Positions 28,014 through 37,584 of a stretch of 64,000 bases of DNA are shown here, piece by piece. The translations under genes were made by a program, and so were the position numbers. Within the stretch, counting starts at the first letter, position 1. Each line of letters opens with the position of its first letter. The stretch covers positions 352,001-416,000 of the forward strand of contig CAVZMH010000015.1 of assembly GCA_963776345.1 (NCBI GenBank), in the 5' to 3' direction. The notes below the pieces were generated by a model. That model made no database searches. It was not told the origin of the DNA and saw nothing but the letters and a program-made list of their open reading frames with translations. The DNA is from an uncultured delta proteobacterium (lineage in GTDB: Bacteria > Myxococcota > Myxococcia > Myxococcales > Myxococcaceae).

Positions 28014-30347
28014 GTGGAACAAAGGGTCATCACCTACGACGACACGACCGTTCGCCGCTTCATCGCCGCGGGCGTGATCTTCGGCGCGGTCGCGATGCTG
28101 GTGGGCGCGATCATCGCCACCCAGATGATCTGGTGGCAGGCCAACCTCGGGGTGCCCTACCTGGTCTTCTCCCGGCTGCGCCCGCTGCACACCAACGCGG
28201 CGATCTTCGCCTTCGTCGGCAACTCGATGTTCGCCGGCATCTATTACTCGACCCAGCGGCTGTGCAAGGCGCGGATGGCCTCGGATCTGCTCTCCAAGAT
28301 CCACTTCTGGGGCTGGCAGCTGATCATCGTCGCCGCGGCGATCACCCTCCCGCTGGGGATCACCACCTCCAAGGAGTACGCCGAGCTGGAGTGGCCGATC
28401 GACGTGGCGATCACCGTGATCTGGGTGGTCTTCGCGATCAACTTCTTCTGGACCCTGGCCAGGCGCCACGAGAAGAACCTCTACGTCGCGCTGTGGTTCT
28501 ACATCGCGACCATCGTCACCATCGCCGTCCTGCACATCGTCAACAGCCTGGAGATCCCGGTCACCCTGACCAAGAGCTACTCCATCTTCCCCGGGGTCCA
28601 GGACGCGCTGGTGCAGTGGTGGTACGGGCACAACGCGGTCGCCTTCTTCCTCACCACGCCGATCCTCGGGATCATGTACTACTTCATGCCCAAGGCGGCG
28701 GAGCGGCCGGTCTACAGCTACCGGCTCTCCATCGTGCACTTCTGGTCCCTGGTGTTCATGTACATCTGGGCCGGGCCGCACCACCTGCTCCACACCGCGT
28801 TGCCGGACTGGGCGCAGTCGCTGGGCATGGTGTTCAGCGTGGCGCTCTGGGCGCCGAGCTGGGGCGGGCTGATCAACGGCATGCTCACCCTGCGCGGAGC
28901 CTGGGACAAGCTCCGCACCGATCCGGTCATCAAGTTCCTGGTGGCGGCGCTGACCTTCTACGGCATGTCCACCTTCGAGGGCCCGCTGCTCTCGATCAAG
29001 AGCGTCAACGCCCTGGCCCACTACACCGACTGGATCATCGGCCACGTCCACAGCGGGGCGCTGGGCTGGAACGGGTTCATGGCCGCGGGCACCTTCTACT
29101 GGATGGTGCCGCGCCTGTTCGGGACCAAGCTCTACTCGAAGAAGGCGGCCGAGGTGCACTTCTGGATGGCCACCGCGGGGATCATCCTCTACGTGGTCGC
29201 GCTCTGGGTCGCGGGCATCAGCCAGGGCCTGATGTGGAAGGCCCAGACCCCGGACGGCGCGCTGGCCTACCCCTCGTTCGTGGAGACCATCCTCGCCATC
29301 CGGCCGCTGTGGATGGTGCGCCTCACCGGCGGCCTGCTCTACCTCGGCGGCTTCCTCCTGATGGCCTGGAACCTGACCCGGACCGCGCTGGCCGGCAAGG
29401 CGGTGGACGGACAGGTGACGGTGACCGTCGAGGAGCCGCACGCCGTGCCCGAGCCGAGCGCCGGCTGGCTGGTCACCCGGCCCGGGTTCCTCTTCGTCCT
29501 CGGGGCGGTGGTGCTGTCCTTCTTCCTCGGCGGCGCCTCGATGATGACCGGGGTGAAGGTGCTGGTGGTGCTGATCATCCTCGCCGAGGTGGCCTGGCTG
29601 TGGTTCAAGGCCCGGCCGCGCGACACCACCGCGCCCGGCTGGCACCAGCTGGTGGAGGGCAAGCCGCTGTTCTTCACCGTGCTCCTGCTCTTCGCGGTGC
29701 TCGCCGGAGGGATCGCCCAGCTCATCCCCACCATCTTCGCGCCCTCGGCCGTGCCCTGGACCGGTGAGAAGCAGCAGCCGTACTCGCCGCTCGAGCTCGC
29801 CGGCCGCGACATCTACACCCGCGAGGGCTGCTACGTGTGCCACTCGCAGATGATCCGCACCCTGCAGGAAGACACGCAGCGGTACGGCGCCTACTCCCGG
29901 CCGGAGGAGTTCATCTACGACCACCCCTTCCAGTGGGGGAGCAAGCGCACCGGGCCGGATCTCCACCGGGAGGGCGGGAAGTACCCGAACCTCTGGCACT
30001 ACTCGCATCTCATGGACCCGCGCTCCACCAGCCCGGGCAGCAACATGCCCAGCTTCGCCTGGACCGCGGACTACACCGTGGACCAGTCGCTCCTGGGGCG
30101 GAAGATGATCGCCCTCCAGAAGGTGGGCGTGCCCTATTCCAACCTCGCGGTGGACGGGGCGCGCGACGCCTACCGCAAGCAGGCCGACACCATCGTCGCC
30201 GACCTGGCCAAGGAGGGGGTGGCCGTGCCCTGGGACCGGGAGATCGTCGCGCTGATCGGCTATCTGCAACGGCTCGGACGGGGGCCCCAGATGCCCGCGC
30301 CGCTGCCCACCGCGGCAGCGCCCGCGCCGGCCCGGGGAGGCCAGTGA
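28014..30347 (+). CDS. ccoNO: cbb3-type cytochrome c oxidase fused subunits I/II (CcoN-CcoO)
   Basis: RLRPLHTNAAIFAF, WWYGHNAV, WAGPHHL, GHVHSGALGW; CcoO part GRDIYTREGCYVCHSQMIR, WGSKRTGPDL. Confidence 0.97.
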   Translation: MEQRVITYDDTTVRRFIAAGVIFGAVAMLVGAIIATQMIWWQANLGVPYLVFSRLRPLHTNAAIFAFVGNSMFAGIYYSTQRLCKARMASDLLSKIHFWGWQLIIVAAAITLPLGITTSKEYAELEWPIDVAITVIWVVFAINFFWTLARRHEKNLYVALWFYIATIVTIAVLHIVNSLEIPVTLTKSYSIFPGVQDALVQWWYGHNAVAFFLTTPILGIMYYFMPKAAERPVYSYRLSIVHFWSLVFMYIWAGPHHLLHTALPDWAQSLGMVFSVALWAPSWGGLINGMLTLRGAWDKLRTDPVIKFLVAALTFYGMSTFEGPLLSIKSVNALAHYTDWIIGHVHSGALGWNGFMAAGTFYWMVPRLFGTKLYSKKAAEVHFWMATAGIILYVVALWVAGISQGLMWKAQTPDGALAYPSFVETILAIRPLWMVRLTGGLLYLGGFLLMAWNLTRTALAGKAVDGQVTVTVEEPHAVPEPSAGWLVTRPGFLFVLGAVVLSFFLGGASMMTGVKVLVVLIILAEVAWLWFKARPRDTTAPGWHQLVEGKPLFFTVLLLFAVLAGGIAQLIPTIFAPSAVPWTGEKQQPYSPLELAGRDIYTREGCYVCHSQMIRTLQEDTQRYGAYSRPEEFIYDHPFQWGSKRTGPDLHREGGKYPNLWHYSHLMDPRSTSPGSNMPSFAWTADYTVDQSLLGRKMIALQKVGVPYSNLAVDGARDAYRKQADTIVADLAKEGVAVPWDREIVALIGYLQRLGRGPQMPAPLPTAAAPAPARGGQ

Positions 30348-30523
30348 TGTACTCGGAATTCTTCCGCGCCCATCACCTGATCGATCTTCCGCTGGCCGGC
30401 TCGGTGCTCTTCGCCGCGCTGTTCCTCGGCATCGTGGCCTGGCTCTTCCTGGAGCGGACGCAGCGGTTCGAGCAGGCGGCACGCCAGCCGCTCGACGACG
30501 ACGAGAGGAGTGTGCGGTCGTGA
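30347..30523 (+). CDS. ccoQ: cbb3 oxidase subunit CcoQ-like
   Basis: 58 aa; LF..LFLGIVAW..F..AARQPLDDD; TGATG coupling to ccoNO. Confidence 0.75.
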   Translation: MYSEFFRAHHLIDLPLAGSVLFAALFLGIVAWLFLERTQRFEQAARQPLDDDERSVRS

Positions 30524-31080
30524 GCGAGAAGCAGATGGACGTCGAGCGCGGCCACACCTTCGACGGGATCCAGGAGTACGACAACCCGCTGCCCCGCTGG
30601 TGGCTCTTCATCTTCTACACCACGGTGCTCTTCGGGTACGGCTACTGGATGCACTACCACGTGGCGCGCACCGGGGTCGGCGGGGCCGCGGCCTACGAGG
30701 CGGAGAAGGCGGAGGCGATGCGGCACGCGGCGGCGACCAAGCCCATCACCGACGACCTGCTGATCGGGCTGTCCAAGGACCCGCAGACCACCGCGACCGG
30801 CCAGAGGCTCTTCGTGCAGCAGTGCGCCGCCTGCCACCTGGAGAACGGCTCGGGGAAGATCGGGCCCAATCTCACCGACGAGTTCTGGCTGCACGGCAAC
30901 AAGCCCACCGACATCCTGAAGACCATCTCCAAGGGAGTGGTGGAGAAGGGGATGCCGGCCTGGGAGCCGACGCTCGGCGCCGAGCGGGTGCGTTCGCTCG
31001 CCGCCTTCGTCATCAGCCACGAGGGACTGAATCTCCCGGGGAAGGAGCCCCAGGGTGAGCGCCTCGGAATCGTCAAGTAG
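30520..31080 (+). CDS. ccoP: cbb3 oxidase subunit III (short, monoheme CcoP)
   Basis: HTFDGIQEYDNPLPRWW; single CAACH; GPNLTD; GMPAW. Confidence 0.92.
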   Translation: MSEKQMDVERGHTFDGIQEYDNPLPRWWLFIFYTTVLFGYGYWMHYHVARTGVGGAAAYEAEKAEAMRHAAATKPITDDLLIGLSKDPQTTATGQRLFVQQCAACHLENGSGKIGPNLTDEFWLHGNKPTDILKTISKGVVEKGMPAWEPTLGAERVRSLAAFVISHEGLNLPGKEPQGERLGIVK

Positions 31081-32476
31081 CGTCGAGGGCACAGGGCGCC
31101 CGCGCTTCCTGGACGCGAGGGGCGGGCGGATCAAGATCCACCCCGAGGACGTGCGCGGCCGCTTCGTCCGCTGGCGACGCATCGTCTACGCGGTGCTGAT
31201 CCTCCACCTGCTCGCCCTGCCCTTCATCAAGAACGGCAAGCATCCGGCGATCCACCTGGACATCCCCAGCCGTCAGTTCTTCCTCGCCGGGCACGCCTTC
31301 AACGCGCAGGACGTCTGGCTGATGGTGTTCCTGCTCGCGGCGTTCGCCTTCGGGCTGGTGTTCGTCACCGCGCTGGCGGGCCGGGTGTGGTGCGGGTGGG
31401 CCTGTCCGCAGACGGTGTTCCTGGAGGGCCTCTACCGCCCCATCGAGCGGTGGCTCGAGGGACCGGCGTACCAACGGCGGCGGGCGGCCGAGGGCGGCTG
31501 GACCGGGCGGCGCATCGGGCTGCTCCTCATCAAGCAGTCGCTGTACGTGCTGGTGTCGCTGATCCTCGCCCACTGGTTCCTGGCGTTCTTCGTGCCGGCG
31601 CCCACGCTGGTGGAGCTGGTACTCCACGGGCCCGCCGGGCACGAGACCCTGTTCGGGATCGCGATGCTCGTCACCCTGCTGTTCCTGGGAAACTTCGCCT
31701 GGTTCCGCGAGCAGTTCTGCGTGATCCTCTGCCCGTACGGCCGTCTCCAGTCGGTGCTCACCGACCGGAAGAGCCTCCTCATCGGCTACGACGCAGGTCG
31801 GGGAGAGCCACGGGGCAAGGTGACCAAGGGCGCCGAGGCCCCCGCGCGCGGCGACTGCATCGACTGCGGCCGCTGCGTCCGGGTCTGCCCCACGGGGATC
31901 GACATCCGCAACGGCCAGCAGATGGAGTGCATCGGCTGCGCGCAGTGCATCGACGCCTGCGACGAGATGATGATCAAGGTGGGCCGGCCGGTGGGGCTGG
32001 TGCGCTACGACTCGCTCGAGGGCTTCGAGGGGGAGAAGAAGGGAGGCCTTCTCCGGCCACGGGTCCTGGCGTACGGCGCGGTGACCGCCGCGGCGCTGCT
32101 CACGGTCGGGCTCAACGTCTTCGCGCTGCGCACGCCCTTCGAGGCGAACCTGCTCCGCTCGGCGGGGATCCCCTACGTGCTCGAGACCGCCACCATCCGG
32201 AACCAGTTCGAGCTGCACCTGATCAACAAGCACGTGGACCCGGCGGAGTTCGAGGTGGCGGTGAGCGGCCCGGAGGGCACGACGGTCATCGTGCCGCAGC
32301 CGCGGATCCAGCTCGGGCCGCTGGAAGGCATCCGCACGCCGGTGATGGTCACCATCGATCGCGCCAGGTACCGCGGGCCGTTCGAGCTGAAGGCGACGGT
32401 GAAGGACCTGGCGACCGGCGAGGTGCGCGAGCTGTCGGGGAGGTTCCTGGGGCCGCCGGTGGGGCCGAAGAGCTGA
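31055..32476 (+). CDS. ccoG: cbb3 accessory polyferredoxin CcoG/FixG
   Basis: GRVWCGWACPQTVF, REQFC..CPYGR, CIDCGRCVRVCPTGIDIR, CIGCAQCIDAC. Confidence 0.95.
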   Translation: MSASESSSSVEGTGRPRFLDARGGRIKIHPEDVRGRFVRWRRIVYAVLILHLLALPFIKNGKHPAIHLDIPSRQFFLAGHAFNAQDVWLMVFLLAAFAFGLVFVTALAGRVWCGWACPQTVFLEGLYRPIERWLEGPAYQRRRAAEGGWTGRRIGLLLIKQSLYVLVSLILAHWFLAFFVPAPTLVELVLHGPAGHETLFGIAMLVTLLFLGNFAWFREQFCVILCPYGRLQSVLTDRKSLLIGYDAGRGEPRGKVTKGAEAPARGDCIDCGRCVRVCPTGIDIRNGQQMECIGCAQCIDACDEMMIKVGRPVGLVRYDSLEGFEGEKKGGLLRPRVLAYGAVTAAALLTVGLNVFALRTPFEANLLRSAGIPYVLETATIRNQFELHLINKHVDPAEFEVAVSGPEGTTVIVPQPRIQLGPLEGIRTPVMVTIDRARYRGPFELKATVKDLATGEVRELSGRFLGPPVGPKS

Positions 32477-32579
32477 GTCGCCCGGGAGGGGCGCCTCGTT
32501 GCGCCTCCGGGCCAGCGCGGAGCGGGACGCTCCGGCTGGCGTGCGCCCCCACTCCGAGAGGGCCACCGCTGGCGCGCGC

Positions 32580-33128
32580 TCAGTCGTCCGACCAGCCCCG
32601 ACCCTCGCGCGGGATCGGGTTCGGGAGCCGGTCCACCAGCCGGATCACCGGATTCACGATCTCGGGGCCGAGGATCCACCGGAGCGATGCGTCGATCTCC
32701 CGCCACCCGGGCTCGAGGGCCTCGAGGTGTATCTCGCCCTCCTCGGTCAGCGCCCAGCGCGCGAGCCGCCGGCTCGAGGCGCGCCGGGCCACTCCGCGAT
32801 CACGCATCCTCGCCAGCGAACGGCCCACCGGCGCAGGATCGAGCCGCAGCCGGCGGGCGAGCTCGAGCGCGCTCGCGGGCCCACCACGCAACGTCACCAT
32901 GAGCTGGAACTCGGTCATGCTCAGCCCGTGGCCCGCCAGCATCCGCTCCAGCGGCCGGCTCGCGAATCGCGTCAGCATCCGGAGCGCTGTGCAGACGCAC
33001 GCGTCCGGAAGCTCGGACCACGAGGCCTCGATTGCCCCAGCAAGACGCAGTGAACGCGACACGGAGCCGAGCAAGCTTGCGAGCCACGTGCCCTCCGGCC
33101 CACGGGAGCCGCCGCTCCCAGCGCTCAA
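32580..33128 (-). CDS. MarR-family transcriptional regulator (start uncertain)
   Basis: CVCTALR..R, GLSMTEFQLM, ELARRLRLD, LTEEG wHTH pattern. Confidence 0.75.
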   Translation of the reverse strand: MSAGSGGSRGPEGTWLASLLGSVSRSLRLAGAIEASWSELPDACVCTALRMLTRFASRPLERMLAGHGLSMTEFQLMVTLRGGPASALELARRLRLDPAPVGRSLARMRDRGVARRASSRRLARWALTEEGEIHLEALEPGWREIDASLRWILGPEIVNPVIRLVDRLPNPIPREGRGWSDD

Positions 33129-33245
33129 GACGCTATAGCACGCAAGGACGCACTCGAAGTGAACACGGTACGAGCCTTCAGGTACTTACACTTGGTCCAT
33201 CCGCACTCGGAGTAGGCGTGGATGCTATAGCATCTTGAGCGCTGG
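33118..33245. repeat. 23-bp inverted repeat (22/23) around an 82-bp lower-GC spacer
   Basis: CCAGCGCTCAAGACGCTATAGCA (33118-33140) and TGCTATAGCATCTTGAGCGCTGG (33223-33245). Confidence 0.85.
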
Positions 33246-33459
33246 AGGCGGACGCCCGGGCGAGGCCTCCCGCGGACCCGCACCACTGCGGCTCCCCGGA
33301 GCGCCCGGGTTCGCGGAGGCCGCCCATCGAGCCACCGCAGCCGACCACTGTCCCCTTTGCGTCTCCTCGAGGCCGGCGACCTGGGCTCCCCTGATATTCC
33401 TCGGCTGCTGCCAATTCGCGCGCAGGAGCGGTCCCGACCGGCGCTTGCGGTGTTCCCCG

Positions 33460-34138
33460 ATGCTCCTCTTCCAGAAGCGCTTCCACGCCGGACTCGTCGA
33501 CGGGTCGATCCACCTCACCTTCCGGCGGTGGCAGAAGCCGCACGTCCGCCCGGGAGGCCGCTACCGGTGCCATCCGATCGGCGTCCTCGAGGTCGAGCAG
33601 GTGGCTCGTGTCCCCGTCCGCTCCATCGGAGAGGACGAGGCACGTGCGGCAGGCTTCTCGTCGAAGGACGAGCTGCTCCGGTTTCTCGCCGAGGGGCCGG
33701 CAGGGCCGGGTCAGGCCCGAGACCGAGGTCTGGCGCGTCGCCCTCCACCACGGAGGCGACGGTGACCGCGTGGAGATTGCCCTCGACGACCGGCTGACCC
33801 CGGCCGACGTCGAGACGCTCGCGCGGCGACTGGAGCGGCTCGGCGAGTGGACGCTCCCCACCCTCCGCCTCATCCGACGGCGCCCCCGCGTCGCCGCGTC
33901 CGTGCTCGCGAGGACCCTCGGCCGGGAGCGCGACCCGTTCAAGGTCGACGTCCGCAAGCTGAAGCGCCTCGGGCTCACCCAGAGCTTCGAGGTCGGCTAC
34001 GAGCTGTCGCCGCGCGGTCGGGCCTTCCTCGCCCAGCTCCCCCGCCGCCGGCCGGTCAGTCCGAAGCGCACGACCCCGCGCCCGAGACGGACGCACCCGC
34101 GAAGCGCCCGACGTCGGCAGGCTATGAAGCCCCGATGA
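33460..34138 (+). CDS. ASCH-domain protein with C-terminal wHTH (frameshift near 33705)
   Basis: GSIHLTFRRW.KP.VRPGG, EARAAGF; FKVDVRKLKRLGLT.S.EVGYELSPRG. Confidence 0.8.
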
Positions 34139-34266
34139 GTCGCAACCGCCCGATTTCTGGTGGGACTCCGGGGGCTCGATCCCGTCCGGCGCAAATCATG
34201 CGGCCTGATTCGGTCCAGGCCGCAGAGCCCGCGCGGCCGCGCCCCCCTCCGAGGGTGAAGGGGCCC

Positions 34267-34282
34267 GGGCACCTCGCTTGCA
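34267..34282 (+). promoter_or_regulatory. sigma54-type promoter of hemN
   Basis: GGGCACCTCGCTTGCA, 14 bp upstream of the hemN ATG. Confidence 0.6.
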
Positions 34283-34296
34283 CGACAGAGGCCCCG

Positions 34297-35692
34297 ATGC
34301 AGGCCAGACTCCAGCCGGTGCAGACTCCGGAGCCCGCAGGGATCGATCACGCGCTGCTCGAGCGCTACGGCGCCCTCCCCGTCCCGCGCTACACCAGCTA
34401 CCCGCCGGCGAACCACTGGGAGTCGAGGTTCGGCGAGCCCGAGGCCCGCGAGGCGTTCCAGACCGCCGGGAGCCCGCCCGGCGTCCATCTACGTCCACGT
34501 CCCGTTCTGCCGGAAGCTCTGCTACTACTGCGGCTGCAACATGCTCGTGACCCGGAGCGAGTCGCTCGTCGAGCGCTACCTCCGGGCGCTGGAGCTGGAG
34601 CTCGATCGCGTCTCCGCCCTCCTCCCCCGCCGTCCCGAGATCGTCCAGCTTCACCTCGGCGGCGGCACGCCGACCTACCTCGACCCGGACCAGCTCGCCC
34701 GCCTCGCCGACGCCATCCAGGCCCGGCTCCCCTGGAAGCCCGGCATCGAGGCCTCGATCGAGATCCACCCGGCGGTCACCAGCGTCGAGCAGATCCGCAC
34801 CCTCGCGCGGCTCGGCTTCAACCGGGTCAGCATGGGCGTCCAGGACTTCGACCCGGCGGTCCAGAAGCGCATCAACCGCCGGCAGTCGTTCGAGGAGACC
34901 CGGGCGCTGATCGAGGAGAGCCGCGCGCTCGGCTTCGTCAGCGTCAACGTGGATCTCATGTACGGGCTCCCGCTCCAGACCGTCGACCACTTCCAGCGCA
35001 CCCTGGACCGCATCGAGGAGCTGCGCCCCGACCGCATCGCCCTCTTCGGCTACGCCCACGTGCCCTCGATGAAGAAGCACCAGGGGCTCTTCCAGCCCAA
35101 GGAGTTACCCGGACCCGCCGACCGCCTGGCCCTGCTCGAGGCCTCCATCCAGCGGCTGCTCGCCGCCGGCTACGTGCACGTCGGCCTGGACCACTTCGCC
35201 CTGGAGGACGACGAGCTGTGCCGCGCCCGCGCCGCCGGGACGCTCCGCCGCAACTTCATGGGCTACACCACCTGCGCCGACAGCGACGTGCTCGCCTTCG
35301 GGCCCTCCGCCATCTCCGAGGTGTCCGGCACCTACGTCCAGAACGCGCGCGAGGTGCACGACTGGGCCACCATGCTCGAGCAGGGCCGGCTCGCGGCCGT
35401 GCGCGGACACCGGCTCGACGCCGAGGACCGCGCCAGGAGCGCGCTCATCATGCAGCTCTTCTGCAGCCTGGAGGTCGACCTGGACGCGCTCCGCGCCCGC
35501 CACCCCGGGACGCTCCAGAACCTGCGCGACGAGGAGCGCGACCTCGCCGGGCTCGAGCGCGACGGCCTCGTCGCCCGCCAGGGAGCGCGGATCCGGGTGA
35601 CCCCGCGCGGACAGCTGCTGCTCCGCACCGTGGCCGCCCCCTTCGACACCTACCACCGGGCCGACGCCCGGCTCCACGCCCCTGCCCTATGA
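34297..35692 (+). CDS. hemN: oxygen-independent coproporphyrinogen III oxidase (radical SAM; frameshift near 34475)
   Basis: PRYTSYP; YVHVPFC.KLCYYCGCN; HLGGGTPT; GLDHFAL; RRNFMGY. Confidence 0.93.
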
Positions 35693-36138
35693 GCGCGGAA
35701 CCGTCGTCGCTGCTGCTCTGGCTCAGGGCCTTCCACCTGATGGCCATCATCAGCTGGATGGCCGGGCAGTTCTACATCTGGCGGCTGTACGTCTACCACG
35801 CGATGACCACCGAGCCGGCGGTGATGCGCCAGTTCGAGGTCATGGAGCGGCGGCTCCTCAACGCCATCACCACCCCGGCGGCGATCCTCTCGCTCTTCAC
35901 CGGGATCGGACTGCTCGCGCTCCAGCCCTTCTTCCTCGAGCAGCCCTGGATGCTCGTCAAGCTGCTCTTCGTCGCGGTGATGTACGTGGCGCATGGCTTC
36001 TCCATCCGCTTCCGCAAGAAGCTGATGACCGAACCCCACGCCTACCCGCACACGCTCTTTCGCTTCCTCAACGAGCTACCAACCGTGTTGATGATCGTCA
36101 TCGTGATCATGATCATCGTGAAGCCGTTTGCCCGCTGA
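35689..36138 (+). CDS. hemJ: protoporphyrinogen oxidase HemJ
   Basis: AFHLMAIISWMAG.FY..RLYVYH, MERRL, R.LNELPT.LMI.IV..IIVKPF. Confidence 0.9.
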   Translation: MSAEPSSLLLWLRAFHLMAIISWMAGQFYIWRLYVYHAMTTEPAVMRQFEVMERRLLNAITTPAAILSLFTGIGLLALQPFFLEQPWMLVKLLFVAVMYVAHGFSIRFRKKLMTEPHAYPHTLFRFLNELPTVLMIVIVIMIIVKPFAR

Positions 36139-36228
36139 TGAGCGGAGCCGGCAGCCAACGGTTGGACCTGACCCCGGCGGCGGGGTAAGGGCAAGGGGAC
36201 GCGAGGGGATGAAAGCAGGACGCGGACG

Positions 36229-36990
36229 ATGACGAGCCGGTTGAGCCGCTGGACGACGCTGCTGATCACCTTCGCCGGGATCGTGCTCCCCTGGCTCTTT
36301 GCCCTGACGGCGCTCGACTCGAACAGCGCAGCCGCCCAGGCGGTCGCGTTCCTCCCCGCCCCCTACGCCTTCATCATCTGGGCACCCATCTACACCGGGT
36401 TCCTCATCTTCGCGGTGTGGCAGGCCCGGCCGGCACAGGCCAACAACCCGCGCGTGGCGGCGATCCGCCCCTGGCTGATGCTGACCGCGGCGCTCAACGC
36501 CGCCTGGTTCGGCGCGGTGGCCATCCGCCACACAGGGTGGACCGTTCCGATCGTCTTCGGGATGCTGGCGGTCGCGGTGGCGATGCACCGGGCCGCGCGC
36601 ATCGGCGTGGTGCCGGTCGATCCCGCCGAGGCCTGGCTCCGGCTCCCCTTCTCCCTCTACACGGGCTGGCTGATCATCGCGGTGTTCGCCAACGTCTCCA
36701 TCGAGCTGTCGCGCGCGGGATGGGACGGCTTCGGCTGGAGCCCGGTCACCTGGGGCATTCTCTTCATCGTGGCCAGCTCGGTCATCGGTCTGTTGACCCG
36801 CTTCGGTCTCGACGATCCAGTCCTCGGCGGCGTGCTGGTCTGGGCCTACCTGGCCATCGTCGTCCAGCAGCAGGAGCGCCCCTTCGTCTCCCTGTTCGCC
36901 GGCATCGCGTCGGGGATCTGCCTGCTCTCGCTCTTCGTGCGCGACCGCCAGGCGCCCCACTCGACGAGCAGCGAATGCGTCGAGGTGTGA
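36229..36990 (+). CDS. tryptophan-rich multi-TM protein (TspO-related)
   Basis: PAPYAFIIW..IY, LNAAW, PFSLYTGW, VLVWA. Confidence 0.7.
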   Translation: MTSRLSRWTTLLITFAGIVLPWLFALTALDSNSAAAQAVAFLPAPYAFIIWAPIYTGFLIFAVWQARPAQANNPRVAAIRPWLMLTAALNAAWFGAVAIRHTGWTVPIVFGMLAVAVAMHRAARIGVVPVDPAEAWLRLPFSLYTGWLIIAVFANVSIELSRAGWDGFGWSPVTWGILFIVASSVIGLLTRFGLDDPVLGGVLVWAYLAIVVQQQERPFVSLFAGIASGICLLSLFVRDRQAPHSTSSECVEV

Positions 36991-37021
36991 GCCCGGACGC
37001 GCCCGGCGCTGGCCTTCGCTC

Positions 37022-37531
37022 TCAGCGAGCGGCGTCCAGCATTCGCCCGAACCACGCGCTGCCGTGTGGGTTCTCGTTGTACCGGGGAATCGGCGCGTAG
37101 CCGGCCGACAGGTAGAGGGCCGCCGCCTCCCGCAGCGGCGTGGCAGTGTCGAGCACCAGCCGCCTCGCGCCGAGGGAGCGGGCGACGCCTTCGACCCCGG
37201 CGAGCAACACCCGCCCGAGCCCATGTCCCCGGAGGTCCGGGACGAGGAAGAAGTGCTTCAGCTCCAGCGTGCCCTCGCCGAGAGGGCGCAGCCCGGCACA
37301 GCCCACCGCGCGGCCCGCGTGCCAGCCGAGCACCACCGCTCCGCCCGGTCCGCGGAAGTCCTCCGGCCAGCGCGCGGTGATCTCCACCACCGCGGGGGCG
37401 AGCCGCTCCCGCAGCTCGCGGAAGTACGCCTCGAGCAGGCGGCCCGCCTCCGGGGCGCCCGGATCCGCGCGGCCGACCTGCAGGGCGACGCTTCCTTCCA
37501 CGGCGGGCACTGCAGCACACGTTGCCCGCAC
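37022..37531 (-). CDS. GNAT acetyltransferase (start uncertain)
   Basis: ELKH..VPDLRGHGLGR, LDT...EA.ALY..AGY..IPRYNENP. Confidence 0.85.
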   Translation of the reverse strand: MRATCAAVPAVEGSVALQVGRADPGAPEAGRLLEAYFRELRERLAPAVVEITARWPEDFRGPGGAVVLGWHAGRAVGCAGLRPLGEGTLELKHFFLVPDLRGHGLGRVLLAGVEGVARSLGARRLVLDTATPLREAAALYLSAGYAPIPRYNENPHGSAWFGRMLDAAR

Positions 37532-37584
37532 AGTTCCTTGCGGCGAAAGCGAGAACAGTCGCCGGCCGCTCCGGACCGGGAGCC

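Noticed and set aside
33118..33245. Retron msr-msd (a1/a2 repeats) or 6S RNA
   Set aside because: No reverse transcriptase in the window, no long msd hairpin, and no 6S-like central bubble recognised.
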